Source: an uncultured delta proteobacterium (lineage in GTDB: Bacteria; Desulfobacterota; Binatia; UBA9968). Taken from it: a stretch of 64,000 bases of DNA. A model generated the notes under the pieces. That model was not told the DNA's origin. It did not search any database and saw nothing but the letters and a program-made list of their open reading frames with translations. The position numbers and the translations under genes are program-made. The stretch lies in NCBI GenBank assembly GCA_963816145.1, contig CAWFJP010000014.1:352001-416000 (forward strand), read 5' to 3'. Below, in pieces: positions 11,996-22,161 of the stretch (position 1 is its first letter; every line of letters begins with the position of its first letter).

Positions 11996-13108
11996 TCAAT
12001 GCAGCAGCATGTGGGCGACGACTTCGAACGCAACGATCCCGAGCGTGATCACCGATGCGACGAGCACGAACGTGGTGCGCTGCTTTTCCAACGTGGTCAT
12101 GGTCTTGAGTTGTTCGGGGACTTTCGCTTCACTTCTAAGCTTTCTCGCATGCCAGACCGTGTAGAAGTTCGCTAGAGCGGCGAGGGTCGTTAATATCAGC
12201 ACCGGAACGCGCAAGCTACTTTGATCGAGAAACGTCAGCAAGCCGGCCAGGCCGAAAAGGCTGCCGGCTCCGAGCGCGACCGCCAACGGACCGATCAGAG
12301 TGACCACCGCACAAGGGGCGCCGAGGATGCCGAAGACGATTGCGCCAATGCTGGTTTTTTCTCCCGCGGACGATTCCGGTGGATCGCCGATCAATCGCAC
12401 GGCTTGATTGGCGTGCAGACGATAGGCGGTCACTGGATCGCGAAAACCCTTGAGAATAACCTGTTCGGAGGTTGCCTCGGTGAAGTCCACGGGATGTTTG
12501 CGATAACTTTCCTCGCTGATGAGCACTTCGCCGGCGCTGGCTTTGCTTTGCAGGCGCGCCGCGAGGTTAACGACGTCGCCGATCGCCGTATAGTCCTTTG
12601 AGTCGTCGGAACCCAAGCGACCGACACGGGCGAAGCCGGTGGCGATGCCTATGGAAGCCTTCAAGTTCAAGCCAAAATTCGCACCGAGAGTCGTTAGCGC
12701 CGCGCTCAGTTCGATCGCCGCGGCCACGGCGCGCAAGGCGTGGTCGTCGTGGCGCAGCGGCACGTTGAACAGCGCCATGACCGCGTCGCCGACATATTTG
12801 TCGATGAAGGCGCCATGCTTGACCAGTACTTCGGTTGCCATGCGCAAGAAGGCATCGACGACTTCATGGGTTTTCTCCGCGCCCAAATCTTGAGTCAGCT
12901 CGGTGAACGACGACAGGTCGGCGAACAGCACAGTGATCTCCACCATGCGCCCTTCTTCGACATGGGTGCTGCAGCGGGTGCAGATGTTCGGATTGCGCGG
13001 GCTGCGCTTGATGCCGAAGGTACGGTAGACCGCGCTCAGCGCGCCGGACAGCATGGTGCCGCAGACGCTGCATTGTGCCGCCAGTCGCGGGCTCGAATGG
13101 ACATGCAT
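11996..13108 (-). CDS. Class III adenylate/guanylate cyclase with N-terminal CxxC..CxxC and C-terminal 3-TM domain
   Basis: VLFADLSSFT, DKYVGDAVMALF, YTAIGDVVNLAARLQ. Confidence 0.88.
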   Translation of the reverse strand: MHVHSSPRLAAQCSVCGTMLSGALSAVYRTFGIKRSPRNPNICTRCSTHVEEGRMVEITVLFADLSSFTELTQDLGAEKTHEVVDAFLRMATEVLVKHGAFIDKYVGDAVMALFNVPLRHDDHALRAVAAAIELSAALTTLGANFGLNLKASIGIATGFARVGRLGSDDSKDYTAIGDVVNLAARLQSKASAGEVLISEESYRKHPVDFTEATSEQVILKGFRDPVTAYRLHANQAVRLIGDPPESSAGEKTSIGAIVFGILGAPCAVVTLIGPLAVALGAGSLFGLAGLLTFLDQSSLRVPVLILTTLAALANFYTVWHARKLRSEAKVPEQLKTMTTLEKQRTTFVLVASVITLGIVAFEVVAHMLLH

Positions 13109-13206
13109 GGGTCAACAACTTACGTAGGCTCGGCAGCGCTGTCAACGCGATTGCTTCGTATGGCGATTACGGGAATAATGCGGCAACTTTCAGGAGGATT
13201 ATTTAA

Positions 13207-13557
13207 ATGTCGGACCATTACCATGATGAAAACGATTTGAAGTTGATGCGCGACATGCGCAAGTTGGCGCCGGACGATTTCAACGCGTGGCTTGGACTGG
13301 AGAAAATTGTTGGGCGAGACAACGGCGCGATCCCGCGAAAATACCGAGAGTTGATCGCCGTCGCGGTGTCGGCGACGACCCAGTGTCCCTACTGCATGGA
13401 GGCCCACGCCAAAGCCGCCCACGCCGCGGGTGCGACGCGGGAAGAAGTCGTCGAAGCGTCCTTTATCGCCGCGGCATTGCGTGCCGGCGCGGCGGCAACC
13501 CACGGTACAATGGCGCTTAAGTTTTTCGACAAGCAGGCAGAGCAGAAGAAGGATTAG
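13207..13557 (+). CDS. Carboxymuconolactone decarboxylase/AhpD-like protein
   Basis: KYRELIAVAVSATTQCPYCMEAH. Confidence 0.9.
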   Translation: MSDHYHDENDLKLMRDMRKLAPDDFNAWLGLEKIVGRDNGAIPRKYRELIAVAVSATTQCPYCMEAHAKAAHAAGATREEVVEASFIAAALRAGAAATHGTMALKFFDKQAEQKKD

Positions 13558-13563
13558 CCCGGG

Positions 13564-14043
13564 GTGTCGGTCAGCGCGAACTTGAAGCAGCAGATTCTCC
13601 CTTTACTGGCTATCTGGATCATAACGATGCCGCTATTTTCATGCTCCGGAACACGGCCCACCAACTTGGGGGTCAGAGACGGCCGGTTGACCGTCTGTCC
13701 GGCATCGCCCAACTGCGTGTCGAGCGACGCCGTTGATGGCGCCCACGCCATCGCGCCGTTGCAGCTTATTGTCTCGTCGCCCGATGGTTGGCGCGCGGTT
13801 CGAAAGATTATCGATGAACTGCCCCGCACGAAAATCATCAGTTCGACGGACGATTATCTCCACGCCGAATGCACCAGCGCGGTATTTGGCTTCGTCGACG
13901 ATCTCGAACTACACCTTCGGCCGGCGGAGAAGCTGCTCGCGGTGCGTTCGGCCTCGCGTCTTGGTTACAGCGATCTTGGCGTGAACCGCAAACGAGTCGA
14001 GAGTTTACGCGGGGTGTTGCGCGAACGCGGGGTGATTCGTTAA
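13564..14043 (+). CDS. DUF1499 family lipoprotein
   Basis: CPASPNCVSS, FGFVDDLE, RSASRLGYSDLGVNRKRVE. Confidence 0.88.
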   Translation: MSVSANLKQQILPLLAIWIITMPLFSCSGTRPTNLGVRDGRLTVCPASPNCVSSDAVDGAHAIAPLQLIVSSPDGWRAVRKIIDELPRTKIISSTDDYLHAECTSAVFGFVDDLELHLRPAEKLLAVRSASRLGYSDLGVNRKRVESLRGVLRERGVIR

Positions 14044-14066
14044 CCAAGGGTTCGCAATTCGATTCC

Positions 14067-15122
14067 ATGCTGAGCTACGACGTTATCGAATGGGGCAAGC
14101 CGCTTGAGAAGCGCGAACGCCAGACGCCAGTGCCGACCGGCACAGAGGTGCTGGTCAAGCTCAAGTACTGCGGTGTCTGTCACAGCGATGTGCATATCCG
14201 CGACGGTTATTTCGATCTCGGCGGCGGCAGACGCTTGCAGATGAGCGAGCGCGGCATGGCGCCGCCGGTGACTTTGGGGCATGAACCTTACGGTACTGTT
14301 ATCGCGGCCGGTCCTGACGCGGGCGCGGTGCCCATCGGCGCAGACCGCTTGGTCTATCCTTGGATCGGGTGCGGCGGCTGCGTCCGTTGCCGCGAAGGAT
14401 TGGATAACTACTGCATGGCGCCAAACATGATCGGCATCCAGCGTCCCGGCGGTTACGCCGATCACTTGCTCGTGCCGCATCCGCGCTATCTCGTCGACGC
14501 CAGCGGCGTCGATCCGGTGTGGGCGGCGACTTTGTCGTGCTCGGGGCTCTCGACTTATTCGGCGGTGTCGAAGCTTTTGCCGATTCCTTCCGACGAATGG
14601 ATCGCGGTGATCGGAGCGGGTGGGTTGGGTTTGTCGGCCATCGGCATGTTACGTGCGCTGGGCCATGCGCGAGTTGTTTCAGTCGACATCGACGATAAAA
14701 AACTCAACGCGGCCAATGGGGCAGGAGCGGCTGCGACGCTGAATAGCCGGAAGAGTGGCGCGGAGGAGAATCTCAAAAGTATCACGCACGGGGCTCTTTA
14801 CGGCGCAGTAGATTTCGTCGGCAGTACGGAAACCGCGGAGTTGGCCGTCGGCGTTTTGCGCAAGGGCGGCAGGCTAATTTTGGTTGGCTTGTTCGGTGGC
14901 GAAATCAAACTGTCGATCGCTGGCACGATCCTGCGCGCTGTCACGGTTCAAGGCTCCCACCTCGGCAGCGTGGCGGAATTAAAGGCCGTCGTCGCCTTGG
15001 CGCGGGAAGGGAAGATCAACCCGATTCCAATTGAGACGCGGCCCATGTCGGAAGTCAGTCGGACGTTGGATGAGTTGATGGCAGGAATGATTGTGGGGAG
15101 AGTGGTGGCAACGATTGGCTGA
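14067..15122 (+). CDS. Zn-dependent alcohol dehydrogenase (MDR)
   Basis: CGVCHSD, LGHE, CGGCVRC, GAGGLG; ATG at 14067. Confidence 0.9.
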   Translation: MLSYDVIEWGKPLEKRERQTPVPTGTEVLVKLKYCGVCHSDVHIRDGYFDLGGGRRLQMSERGMAPPVTLGHEPYGTVIAAGPDAGAVPIGADRLVYPWIGCGGCVRCREGLDNYCMAPNMIGIQRPGGYADHLLVPHPRYLVDASGVDPVWAATLSCSGLSTYSAVSKLLPIPSDEWIAVIGAGGLGLSAIGMLRALGHARVVSVDIDDKKLNAANGAGAAATLNSRKSGAEENLKSITHGALYGAVDFVGSTETAELAVGVLRKGGRLILVGLFGGEIKLSIAGTILRAVTVQGSHLGSVAELKAVVALAREGKINPIPIETRPMSEVSRTLDELMAGMIVGRVVATIG

Positions 15123-15189
15123 GGGTTTGCTGAATATCGTCTCGCTCCATTCAGGCTACGTGAAGATTGGATGCTGGTGCAATTCGGAA

Positions 15190-15257
15190 AGATCCCTCTC
15201 TTCGTTCGGGATGACGGCGGCTTATGGATTTGTCATTTCGAGCGAAGCGAGAAATCT
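15190..15257. repeat. REP-like palindromic element (GTCATTTCGAGCGAAGCGAGAAATCT type); similar copy at 51506-51532
   Basis: Near-identical 27-mer at two intergenic sites. Confidence 0.6.
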
Positions 15258-15323
15258 ATTCGACAAACTTGCGAAGGACCAGTATGAAACTGAACCACGA
15301 TCGAAGACTGGGTCATATTGACG

Positions 15324-16541
15324 ATGCTTGAAAAAAACAAAAACTCCTGGCGCTACATCACGCTCGCCGCAGCGGCGATGCTGATGATCACCATGGGGGC
15401 GCGCCAGGCGCAGGGGCTATTCGTCTTTCCGATCAGCGGTTCGACGGGAGTGAGCATCGTTGCGATCAGTTTCGCCATGGCGGTGGGGCAGTTCATGTGG
15501 GGGTTGGCGCAGCCAGTCGCGGGGGCGTGCGCGGATCGTTTTGGCTTCACCCCCGTGTTGATTGGCGGAGTGCTTCTGCTTGCGGTCGGCACGGCATTGA
15601 CTCCGTTATTCACCAGCAGCTTTGGCTTAGTCGTGACCATCGGCATTGTCTCGGCCATAGGTTCCGGCGCGGGGAGTTTTTCGGTCATGATCGGCGCACT
15701 GGCGCAGCGCTTGGCGCCCAAAGAGCGAGCGACGGCGTCCGGACTCATCACTGGCGGCGGCTCGTTCGGTCAGTTTCTCTTCGCGCCGATAACTCAGAAA
15801 CTAATTTCAACCTGGGGTTGGATGGGGGCGATGTGGTCGCTTGGCGCCATCGCGCTGTTGGCGTTGCCGCTGGTGAAACCAATCATTGGGCCTGCGCGCC
15901 ATAGCGGTGTCATTGGTATCTCTGGCCGCGATGGCGGCATGAAGGCAACGCTGCGCACGGCTTTTGGCAACTCCAGTTATCTCTTGCTGCACGGCAGTTT
16001 TCTCACCTGCGGATTTCACATTGCATTTCTGGTCACTCATCTGCCGGGTGAAGTCGACCTTTGCGGTTTGCCTGCTTCGGTCGCAAGCTGGTCGCTGGCG
16101 ATCATCGGTCTTTCCAACATCGCCGGCAGCTTCGCTGCGGGCTGGATGCTCAATCACTTCCGCGGCAAGTATATCCTGTTCGGCATGTACGGCTCACGCA
16201 CGCTCTTGATTCTGATTTATCTTGCCGCACCCAAAACCGAGTGGACGTTTTATCTTTTGGCGATCGGACTCGGCTTCTCGTGGTTGGGTACCGCGCCGCC
16301 GACCGCCGGTGTGGTCGGCAAACTCTTCGGCACGCGTTACCTGGCGACGCTCTATGGTCTAACCATGCTGTCGCATCAGACCGGCGCATTTTTCGGCGCT
16401 TGGTTGGGCGGACTTGCGTTCGCGCATTACGGCAATTATTTGTGGATGTGGTACGCGGATGCTTTGTTCGCGGCGGGAGCGGCGCTATTAAATCTGCCGA
16501 TTCGCGAACCACGCGTCGAGCGCGCGGCGGTGCCGGCATGA
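15324..16541 (+). CDS. MFS transporter
   Basis: About 12 TM, ADRFG motif, CGFHIAFLVTHLP. Confidence 0.9.
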   Translation: MLEKNKNSWRYITLAAAAMLMITMGARQAQGLFVFPISGSTGVSIVAISFAMAVGQFMWGLAQPVAGACADRFGFTPVLIGGVLLLAVGTALTPLFTSSFGLVVTIGIVSAIGSGAGSFSVMIGALAQRLAPKERATASGLITGGGSFGQFLFAPITQKLISTWGWMGAMWSLGAIALLALPLVKPIIGPARHSGVIGISGRDGGMKATLRTAFGNSSYLLLHGSFLTCGFHIAFLVTHLPGEVDLCGLPASVASWSLAIIGLSNIAGSFAAGWMLNHFRGKYILFGMYGSRTLLILIYLAAPKTEWTFYLLAIGLGFSWLGTAPPTAGVVGKLFGTRYLATLYGLTMLSHQTGAFFGAWLGGLAFAHYGNYLWMWYADALFAAGAALLNLPIREPRVERAAVPA

Positions 16542-16732
16542 TTTTAAGTTGGTGCTACCGGCATTAGTGCGAAGATTTATTCACCACGAAGGACACGAAG
16601 ACCACGAAGTTAGGAGATTGGGCAATCCGATCCCCTCATGCTCATGCTGGTGAACGTCACAAATTGATCGAGATACACTGTTCGTATCAGTGTCTGAACA
16701 ATCGTTGAGATAGATCGGGAAGAAAAATCGCA

Positions 16733-17050
16733 ATGTCAGAATTTACCAATGTCACTGTCATCAAAAAGGCCAATGTTTATTTCGACGGTAAGGTCGTCAG
16801 CCGGACCGTAGTCTTTGCCGACGGCTCCAAGAAAACCCTCGGCATCATGCAGCCGGGCGAATACGAGTTCAACACCGGCGACAAAGAGCTCATGGAAATC
16901 ATCAGCGGCGAGTTAGCTGTGGCGCTTCCGGGCGCCGCGGGCTTCAAACCGATCAAAGCCGGGGAGTCTTTCGAAGTGCCGGCGAACTCTAAATTTCGCA
17001 TGACGGTCAAGACTTTGACCGACTACTGCTGCTCGTTTATTGCGTCGTAG
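16733..17050 (+). CDS. ppnP: Pyrimidine/purine nucleoside phosphorylase (DUF1255)
   Basis: [32 protein letters not shown]. Confidence 0.9.
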   Translation: MSEFTNVTVIKKANVYFDGKVVSRTVVFADGSKKTLGIMQPGEYEFNTGDKELMEIISGELAVALPGAAGFKPIKAGESFEVPANSKFRMTVKTLTDYCCSFIAS

Positions 17051-17296
17051 ACCCGCCGACAAATGTCAACAGTTTTTGTGACTCAACGCTGCTCGGGCCA
17101 CCGATGCTCTGAACGCGCCTCTCTTCGTTTGTAATGAATGCTGCACGATATTCGTCGTTTCGAGCTTAGCGAGAAAGCTATTCGACTCATTTCCACAGTC
17201 GCAGTATGAAATTCAACCACGTGCCAGCATCGCTAACGCTTAGCCTCTAATTGCGGCGCCATTGAGAAGTTTGCCTGGTCGTGCCTATATAGTGGT

Positions 17297-18505
17297 ATGC
17301 CATTTGCTACGCTTGGTTTGTCCGACAAGGTACTTGAAGGGGTTAAGGCGGCAGGTTACACCGTTCCTACACCAATCCAGCTACGGGCGATTCCGCTAGC
17401 GCTCGCCGGCCGCGATCTCATCGGCTCGGCACAGACGGGCACGGGTAAAACCGCCGCGTTTGCCTTGCCGATCATTTCTCGTCTTGGCCAGCATGGCAAA
17501 ACCCGCGCCCTGATACTCGAGCCGACCCGCGAGTTGGCGGCACAGGTTGAAACCGCTTTTCATGACTATTCCCGCTTTACCGACCTGCGTACGGTGGTGT
17601 TGTTCGGCGGCACGGGCTACGGCAAACAAGATCAAGCACTACGCCGCGGTACCGATATCGTGGTCGCCACGCCTGGCCGGTTGCTCGATCAATTGCAGCG
17701 CCAGATGCTGCGCCTGAACGACATCGAATTTTTGGTGCTGGACGAGGCCGACCGCATGCTCGATATGGGCTTTATGCCGGACGTGCGCAAGATCGTCGAC
17801 CGCGTGCCCAAGACCCGCCAGACCATGTTGTTCTCGGCGACCATCCCGCCCGAGATCGATGCGCTGGTGCGCTGGGCGATGAAAAATCCCGAAACGATTC
17901 AGATCGGCCTGCGCCGCTCACCTGCCGAAACCATCACTCACGCGCTCTATCCCGTCGATGTCGGGCAGAAACAAGAACTGTTGGCGGAGCTGTTAGAGCG
18001 CACCGAGTACGATCAAGTGTTGATCTTCTGCCGCACCAAGAACGGTGCCGACCGGGTGGCGCGCCGACTCACCGAGAAGGGCCATTCGGTCGCGGTGCTG
18101 CATTCCAATCGAACCCAGCGCGAGCGCGAGCAGGCGCTCAATGGATTCCGCAACGGCCGTTACGAAGTCATGGTCGCCACCGATATCGCCGCCCGCGGCA
18201 TCGACGTCGAGCAGATCAGCCACGTGATCAATTACGACGTGCCGCATCATCCGGAAGATTACGTTCACCGCATCGGCCGCACCGGACGGGCGCAAAGCGT
18301 CGGCGATGCTTTCACCCTGATGACCGCGGAGGATTTGCAGGAAGTCGCCGCCATCGAACATTTCATCGGGCAGAAAATTCCCCGGCTCAAACTGGAAAAT
18401 TTCAACTACGCATTCACACGTTTGCTCGATCCCAATCCTAAACCGACCTTCGGTGCTCGCGCCGGCTCCAAACGTTCCTATGGCCCGGGGCGGGGACGCT
18501 GGTAG
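17297..18505 (+). CDS. DEAD-box RNA helicase (RhlE-like)
   Basis: AQTGTGKT, PTRELA, DEAD, SAT, HRIGRTGR. Confidence 0.95.
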   Translation: MPFATLGLSDKVLEGVKAAGYTVPTPIQLRAIPLALAGRDLIGSAQTGTGKTAAFALPIISRLGQHGKTRALILEPTRELAAQVETAFHDYSRFTDLRTVVLFGGTGYGKQDQALRRGTDIVVATPGRLLDQLQRQMLRLNDIEFLVLDEADRMLDMGFMPDVRKIVDRVPKTRQTMLFSATIPPEIDALVRWAMKNPETIQIGLRRSPAETITHALYPVDVGQKQELLAELLERTEYDQVLIFCRTKNGADRVARRLTEKGHSVAVLHSNRTQREREQALNGFRNGRYEVMVATDIAARGIDVEQISHVINYDVPHHPEDYVHRIGRTGRAQSVGDAFTLMTAEDLQEVAAIEHFIGQKIPRLKLENFNYAFTRLLDPNPKPTFGARAGSKRSYGPGRGRW

Positions 18506-18581
18506 GTTATCCTCATCCGAATATACGACTCAGGTTACCGAGTGTTGCTAGCCGGTAGTGGTCATTTACTTCTAGTAAACT

Positions 18582-18665
18582 CGTCATGCCGGTGAAAACC
18601 GGCATCCATCTTCGTATTCGCTGGATCAGGAAGAACCTGGATTCCGGCCTCCGCCGGAATGACGA
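18582..18665. repeat. REP doublet (GTCATGCCGG..CCGGCATCC / TGGATTCCGGC..GCCGGAATGAC), copy 1
   Basis: Two inverted hairpin units; six related copies in window. Confidence 0.8.
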
Positions 18666-18731
18666 AAGATCGATCGACTTCCAACCCAAGTGCCCAAGGA
18701 AACTTCGCTAAGGGCTTCCCGCTTCCAAGCG

Positions 18732-19781
18732 CTATTGTACGAATAATTTCTTGATCTGCTCGGTCACTTCCGGCGGTTGCTTGATGATGTCGACGGCGGT
18801 TTTCTGCAATTGCTCGCCGCGCAGGGGCACGACTTCGATGGAAAGCTTTTTGGCTTCGGCGAGTAATTCCGGGTCCTTCGAAGCTCTTTCGTAGGCGTCG
18901 CGCAAGATTTTGACCAGGTCGGCCGGGGTCGCCGGCGGGGCGATCAGCGGGCGCGCCCACTCGCCGCCTTGGAGCATCGCCTCGGCGACGCGCCGTTTGT
19001 TCGCCGGGGTTTTATATTCGTCCATCAATTCGTAAATCGTCGGCGCGTCAGGGACGCGCGGCGAACGCTTATGGCCGCTCTGGGCGAGGAAGCGGACGAA
19101 CTTGGTCTTGAGCCAGCCCAAAAAAGGCTCGCGGCCATAGTAGGTCGCGATGGTCAGTCCCATGCAGGCAACCTCGCCGCGCTCCATGGCCAAGGCGATC
19201 TCGCTGCTGCCGGGATAGCCGGTGACATGACCGACTTTCATGCCCACGGTCTCGTCCAAAATCTTCGACATCACATAGTCCGAGCTTCCGACCCCGGTGG
19301 AGCCGCATTTGGGCGGCTCCTTCGAGCGAATGATGTCGGCGACGGACTTGAACGGCGCGTCGGCACGGGCAAACATGATCATGTCGTCGTTCTCCAAAGA
19401 GCCGATCCACTGAAATTTGGTCAGGTCGAACTTCGCTTCCTTCTGGCCGGATAGCTGGGCCAGATAAAAATTGTTGTGCGGCGCCAACAAAGTCAGTCCA
19501 TCGGGTTTGGCCACGCCCCAGACATAATTCGCCGCGCTCACGGAACCCGCGCCGGGCATGTTCTGCACGGCGAAGTCGGGATTGCCAGGAATGTACTTAC
19601 CCATGTAGCGGGATATCAGTCGGGCGGCGCGATCGTAGCCGCCGCCGGTGCTTAGGCCGACAACGATGCGGATCTGTTTGCCCTTGAAATAGGGTTCCTG
19701 GGCATGCAGCGAGGGCAGCGGCAAAATCGCCGCAGCCGTGACGGCTAGGGCCGGCCAAATGGTTTTGTATAGAGCTCTCAT
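18732..19781 (-). CDS. Bug/TctC-like tripartite tricarboxylate transporter substrate-binding protein
   Basis: IVVGLSTGGGYD, NMPGAGS, KPDGLTL, GYPGS. Confidence 0.88.
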   Translation of the reverse strand: MRALYKTIWPALAVTAAAILPLPSLHAQEPYFKGKQIRIVVGLSTGGGYDRAARLISRYMGKYIPGNPDFAVQNMPGAGSVSAANYVWGVAKPDGLTLLAPHNNFYLAQLSGQKEAKFDLTKFQWIGSLENDDMIMFARADAPFKSVADIIRSKEPPKCGSTGVGSSDYVMSKILDETVGMKVGHVTGYPGSSEIALAMERGEVACMGLTIATYYGREPFLGWLKTKFVRFLAQSGHKRSPRVPDAPTIYELMDEYKTPANKRRVAEAMLQGGEWARPLIAPPATPADLVKILRDAYERASKDPELLAEAKKLSIEVVPLRGEQLQKTAVDIIKQPPEVTEQIKKLFVQ

Positions 19782-19970
19782 TTTGATCTCCTTCGGGCCG
19801 CTTCGGTGGCGCAGTAAATATAATTGCTGACACGGCTAATGCAACCGGGTTTGAAGCCCTCTGCTTGACAGTAGATTCCCCGGCAGTGATATTCTACCGA
19901 TGCTCCACGACAGCTCATCCGAATTGATTTGCGCGCGAATGTTGGGCGCGGTGACGCGAGATCCTGATTC

Positions 19971-20047
19971 CGTCATACTCGCGAAAGCGGGTATCCAGGC
20001 TAATTCGGCGCGTTTCAAATCTGGATTCCCGCCTGCGCGGGAATGAC
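19971..20047. repeat. REP doublet copy 2 (divergent)
   Basis: CGTCATACTCGCGAAAGCGGGTATCC...TGGATTCCCGCCTGCGCGGGAATGAC. Confidence 0.75.
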
Positions 20048-20162
20048 AATCCGGAGAACGGAGCCTGTGGTACGAAAATTCGCTAATTTCGCAGCCAGGA
20101 GACGAGCGTTAGCTCGTGGACACTTGGTTGTATCCTGAAGTCAGGCAGGTTGTCAGCACGCA

Positions 20163-20804
20163 ATGTATCTACCGAGTCATTTTGAAGAAACCCGCACAGA
20201 TGTTTTGCACGAGTTGGTGGGCCAATATCCGCTCGGCACTTTGGTGACCTTGGGGAGCGAAGGGCTCAATGCCAACCATATCCCGTTCGAACTCGATGCG
20301 ATGCCCGCGCCCTATGGGACATTGCGTGGTCATGTGGCGCGGGCCAATCCGGTGTGGCGCGATTATTCCCGCGACATGGAGGCGTTGGTGATTTTTCACG
20401 GGCCGCAGGTCTACATTTCGCCGTCATGGTACGACACCAAGAAACAAACCGGCGAGGTGGTGCCGACCTACAATTATGCCGTCGTCCACGCCTATGGCCG
20501 ATTGCAAATCGTCGAGGACCGCAACTGGCTGCGCGGTCTCGTCACCCGGTTAACGGAGCGTTTCGAGAAGGGCAGCGCGGCGCCGTGGCAGGTGAGCGAC
20601 GCGCCACAGCCGTTTATTGAGAAGCAGTTGGACGCCATCGTCGGTATCGAGATCGTGATCAGCAAATTGTTCGGTAAATGGAAGGCGAGCCAGAATCGCC
20701 CGGTCACGGATCGCGCGGGTGTCGTCGAAGCGCTTGGTGCTGCGGCCGACGCCGACAGTTTGGCGATGGCGCAATTGATTAAAGAACGTTCCACGCCGTC
20801 GTAA
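20163..20804 (+). CDS. PaiB-like FMN-binding negative transcriptional regulator
   Basis: MYLPSHF, GHVARANP, YISPSWY, VPTYNY, KASQNR. Confidence 0.9.
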   Translation: MYLPSHFEETRTDVLHELVGQYPLGTLVTLGSEGLNANHIPFELDAMPAPYGTLRGHVARANPVWRDYSRDMEALVIFHGPQVYISPSWYDTKKQTGEVVPTYNYAVVHAYGRLQIVEDRNWLRGLVTRLTERFEKGSAAPWQVSDAPQPFIEKQLDAIVGIEIVISKLFGKWKASQNRPVTDRAGVVEALGAAADADSLAMAQLIKERSTPS

Positions 20805-20880
20805 CCACGGACAACCGATGCGAGGCTTTGCAGCGCCCACGGTAGCGCGCTAAAGTTCTCTAAACCAGGTTGCAACATCG

Positions 20881-21270
20881 ATGATCTCTCCGGTTTACTT
20901 AGTCCTTGGCGGAATCCTGTTGCTTGTCACCTTGGGCCGGGTGGTTGTCCGCGGTGGAGCCAAAGGCACGGACTGGGCCCTCGAAACCGCGTTCATCCGT
21001 CTCGACTTTCCGCCTGAGCATAGAGCCGTGGCGCAGCAACTCGCCGCTGGCCTCGCCGAAGTGGTCGGCATGAAGATCAAACAATTATCGCCGGATCATA
21101 ACCTCGCCCAGATCGCCGATTGGGCCGATGACCATATATATGCCAAGGATTTGATCACGCTATTCCTCGTCGCCTTCGATGTCCGGTGCGACGCAAATAC
21201 GACTTTTCGCACTCTAGTCGAGAAGGTTGCCGAGAAGAAAGCGCTGGATAACACTAATGCCACGGCGTGA
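20881..21270 (+). CDS. Hypothetical membrane-anchored protein
   Basis: 129-aa ORF fills gap; N-terminal TM helix. Confidence 0.65.
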   Translation: MISPVYLVLGGILLLVTLGRVVVRGGAKGTDWALETAFIRLDFPPEHRAVAQQLAAGLAEVVGMKIKQLSPDHNLAQIADWADDHIYAKDLITLFLVAFDVRCDANTTFRTLVEKVAEKKALDNTNATA

Positions 21271-21396
21271 TGGAGTCTCGGATGTTAATGTTCGGAGTTA
21301 TGATACTAGAATCGCGCAGCTTCAGTCGGCAGTTGCCAGCGGGCAGTTCAATCCTGGGCTAATAGCTGACCACTGACACCTGACGACTATTTCACC

Positions 21397-22068
21397 ATGA
21401 TTAAAGCGCTCATCTTCGATTTCGACGGCATTATCATTGACAGTGAAAGCCCGGAGCTATTGGCTTGGCAGGAAGTGTTCGCCGCGCATGGGCGGGAACT
21501 CGATCTGGAGGTCTGGGCCGATCTGGTCGGGCGGCCGCGCACTCATTTCGATCTTTACAGCTATTTCCAAGAGCAGATCGATCCATCTGCCGACATTGCC
21601 GCGTTGCGCAAGGATCGGCGCGCCCGCGTGATCGCGCTCACCGAGCAGCAGCCAGTACTGCCCGGTGTGCACGACTATCTGCGCGGCGCGCGCGATCTTG
21701 GATTGAAAATAGGCATGGCGTCCAGTTCGTCATCGGATCATGTGCATGGCCACTTGCAGCGGCTCGAGCTCATTCATTTCTTTCACACGACCAAATGTTT
21801 TGAAGATACCGAAGCTCATAAGCCCGAGCCGGCGCCTTATCAAGCGGTGCTCGACGAGCTTGGGGTCTTCCCTGACGAAGCGGTGGCGTTCGAAGATTCG
21901 CCCAACGGCGTGACCGCGGCGCGGGCCGCGGGCATCTTCTGCGTCGCCGTGCCCAATCCTGTCACCTGCCGTTTGTCTCTCGACCATGCTGACCACCGTC
22001 TAGCGTCGCTCGCCGAGGAACCGCTCGAACAAGTGCTGCGGCTGGCCTTGGCAAAGATCGAGTCGTGA
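21397..22068 (+). CDS. HAD-IA family hydrolase
   Basis: FDFDG, KPEPAPY, FEDSPNGVTAARAAG. Confidence 0.9.
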   Translation: MIKALIFDFDGIIIDSESPELLAWQEVFAAHGRELDLEVWADLVGRPRTHFDLYSYFQEQIDPSADIAALRKDRRARVIALTEQQPVLPGVHDYLRGARDLGLKIGMASSSSSDHVHGHLQRLELIHFFHTTKCFEDTEAHKPEPAPYQAVLDELGVFPDEAVAFEDSPNGVTAARAAGIFCVAVPNPVTCRLSLDHADHRLASLAEEPLEQVLRLALAKIES

Positions 22069-22161
22069 AAATTACCGTCGGACACGGCGGAGCCGGCCGC
22101 TTGGTGAGCGGTTTGAGCGTGTGATGAATAGGGGTTGCCAAGTTATAGAAAAGGAATCGCG

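Noticed and set aside
13207-13557. Additional Sec candidate (AhpD-like)
   Set aside because: CPYC is encoded by normal Cys codons.
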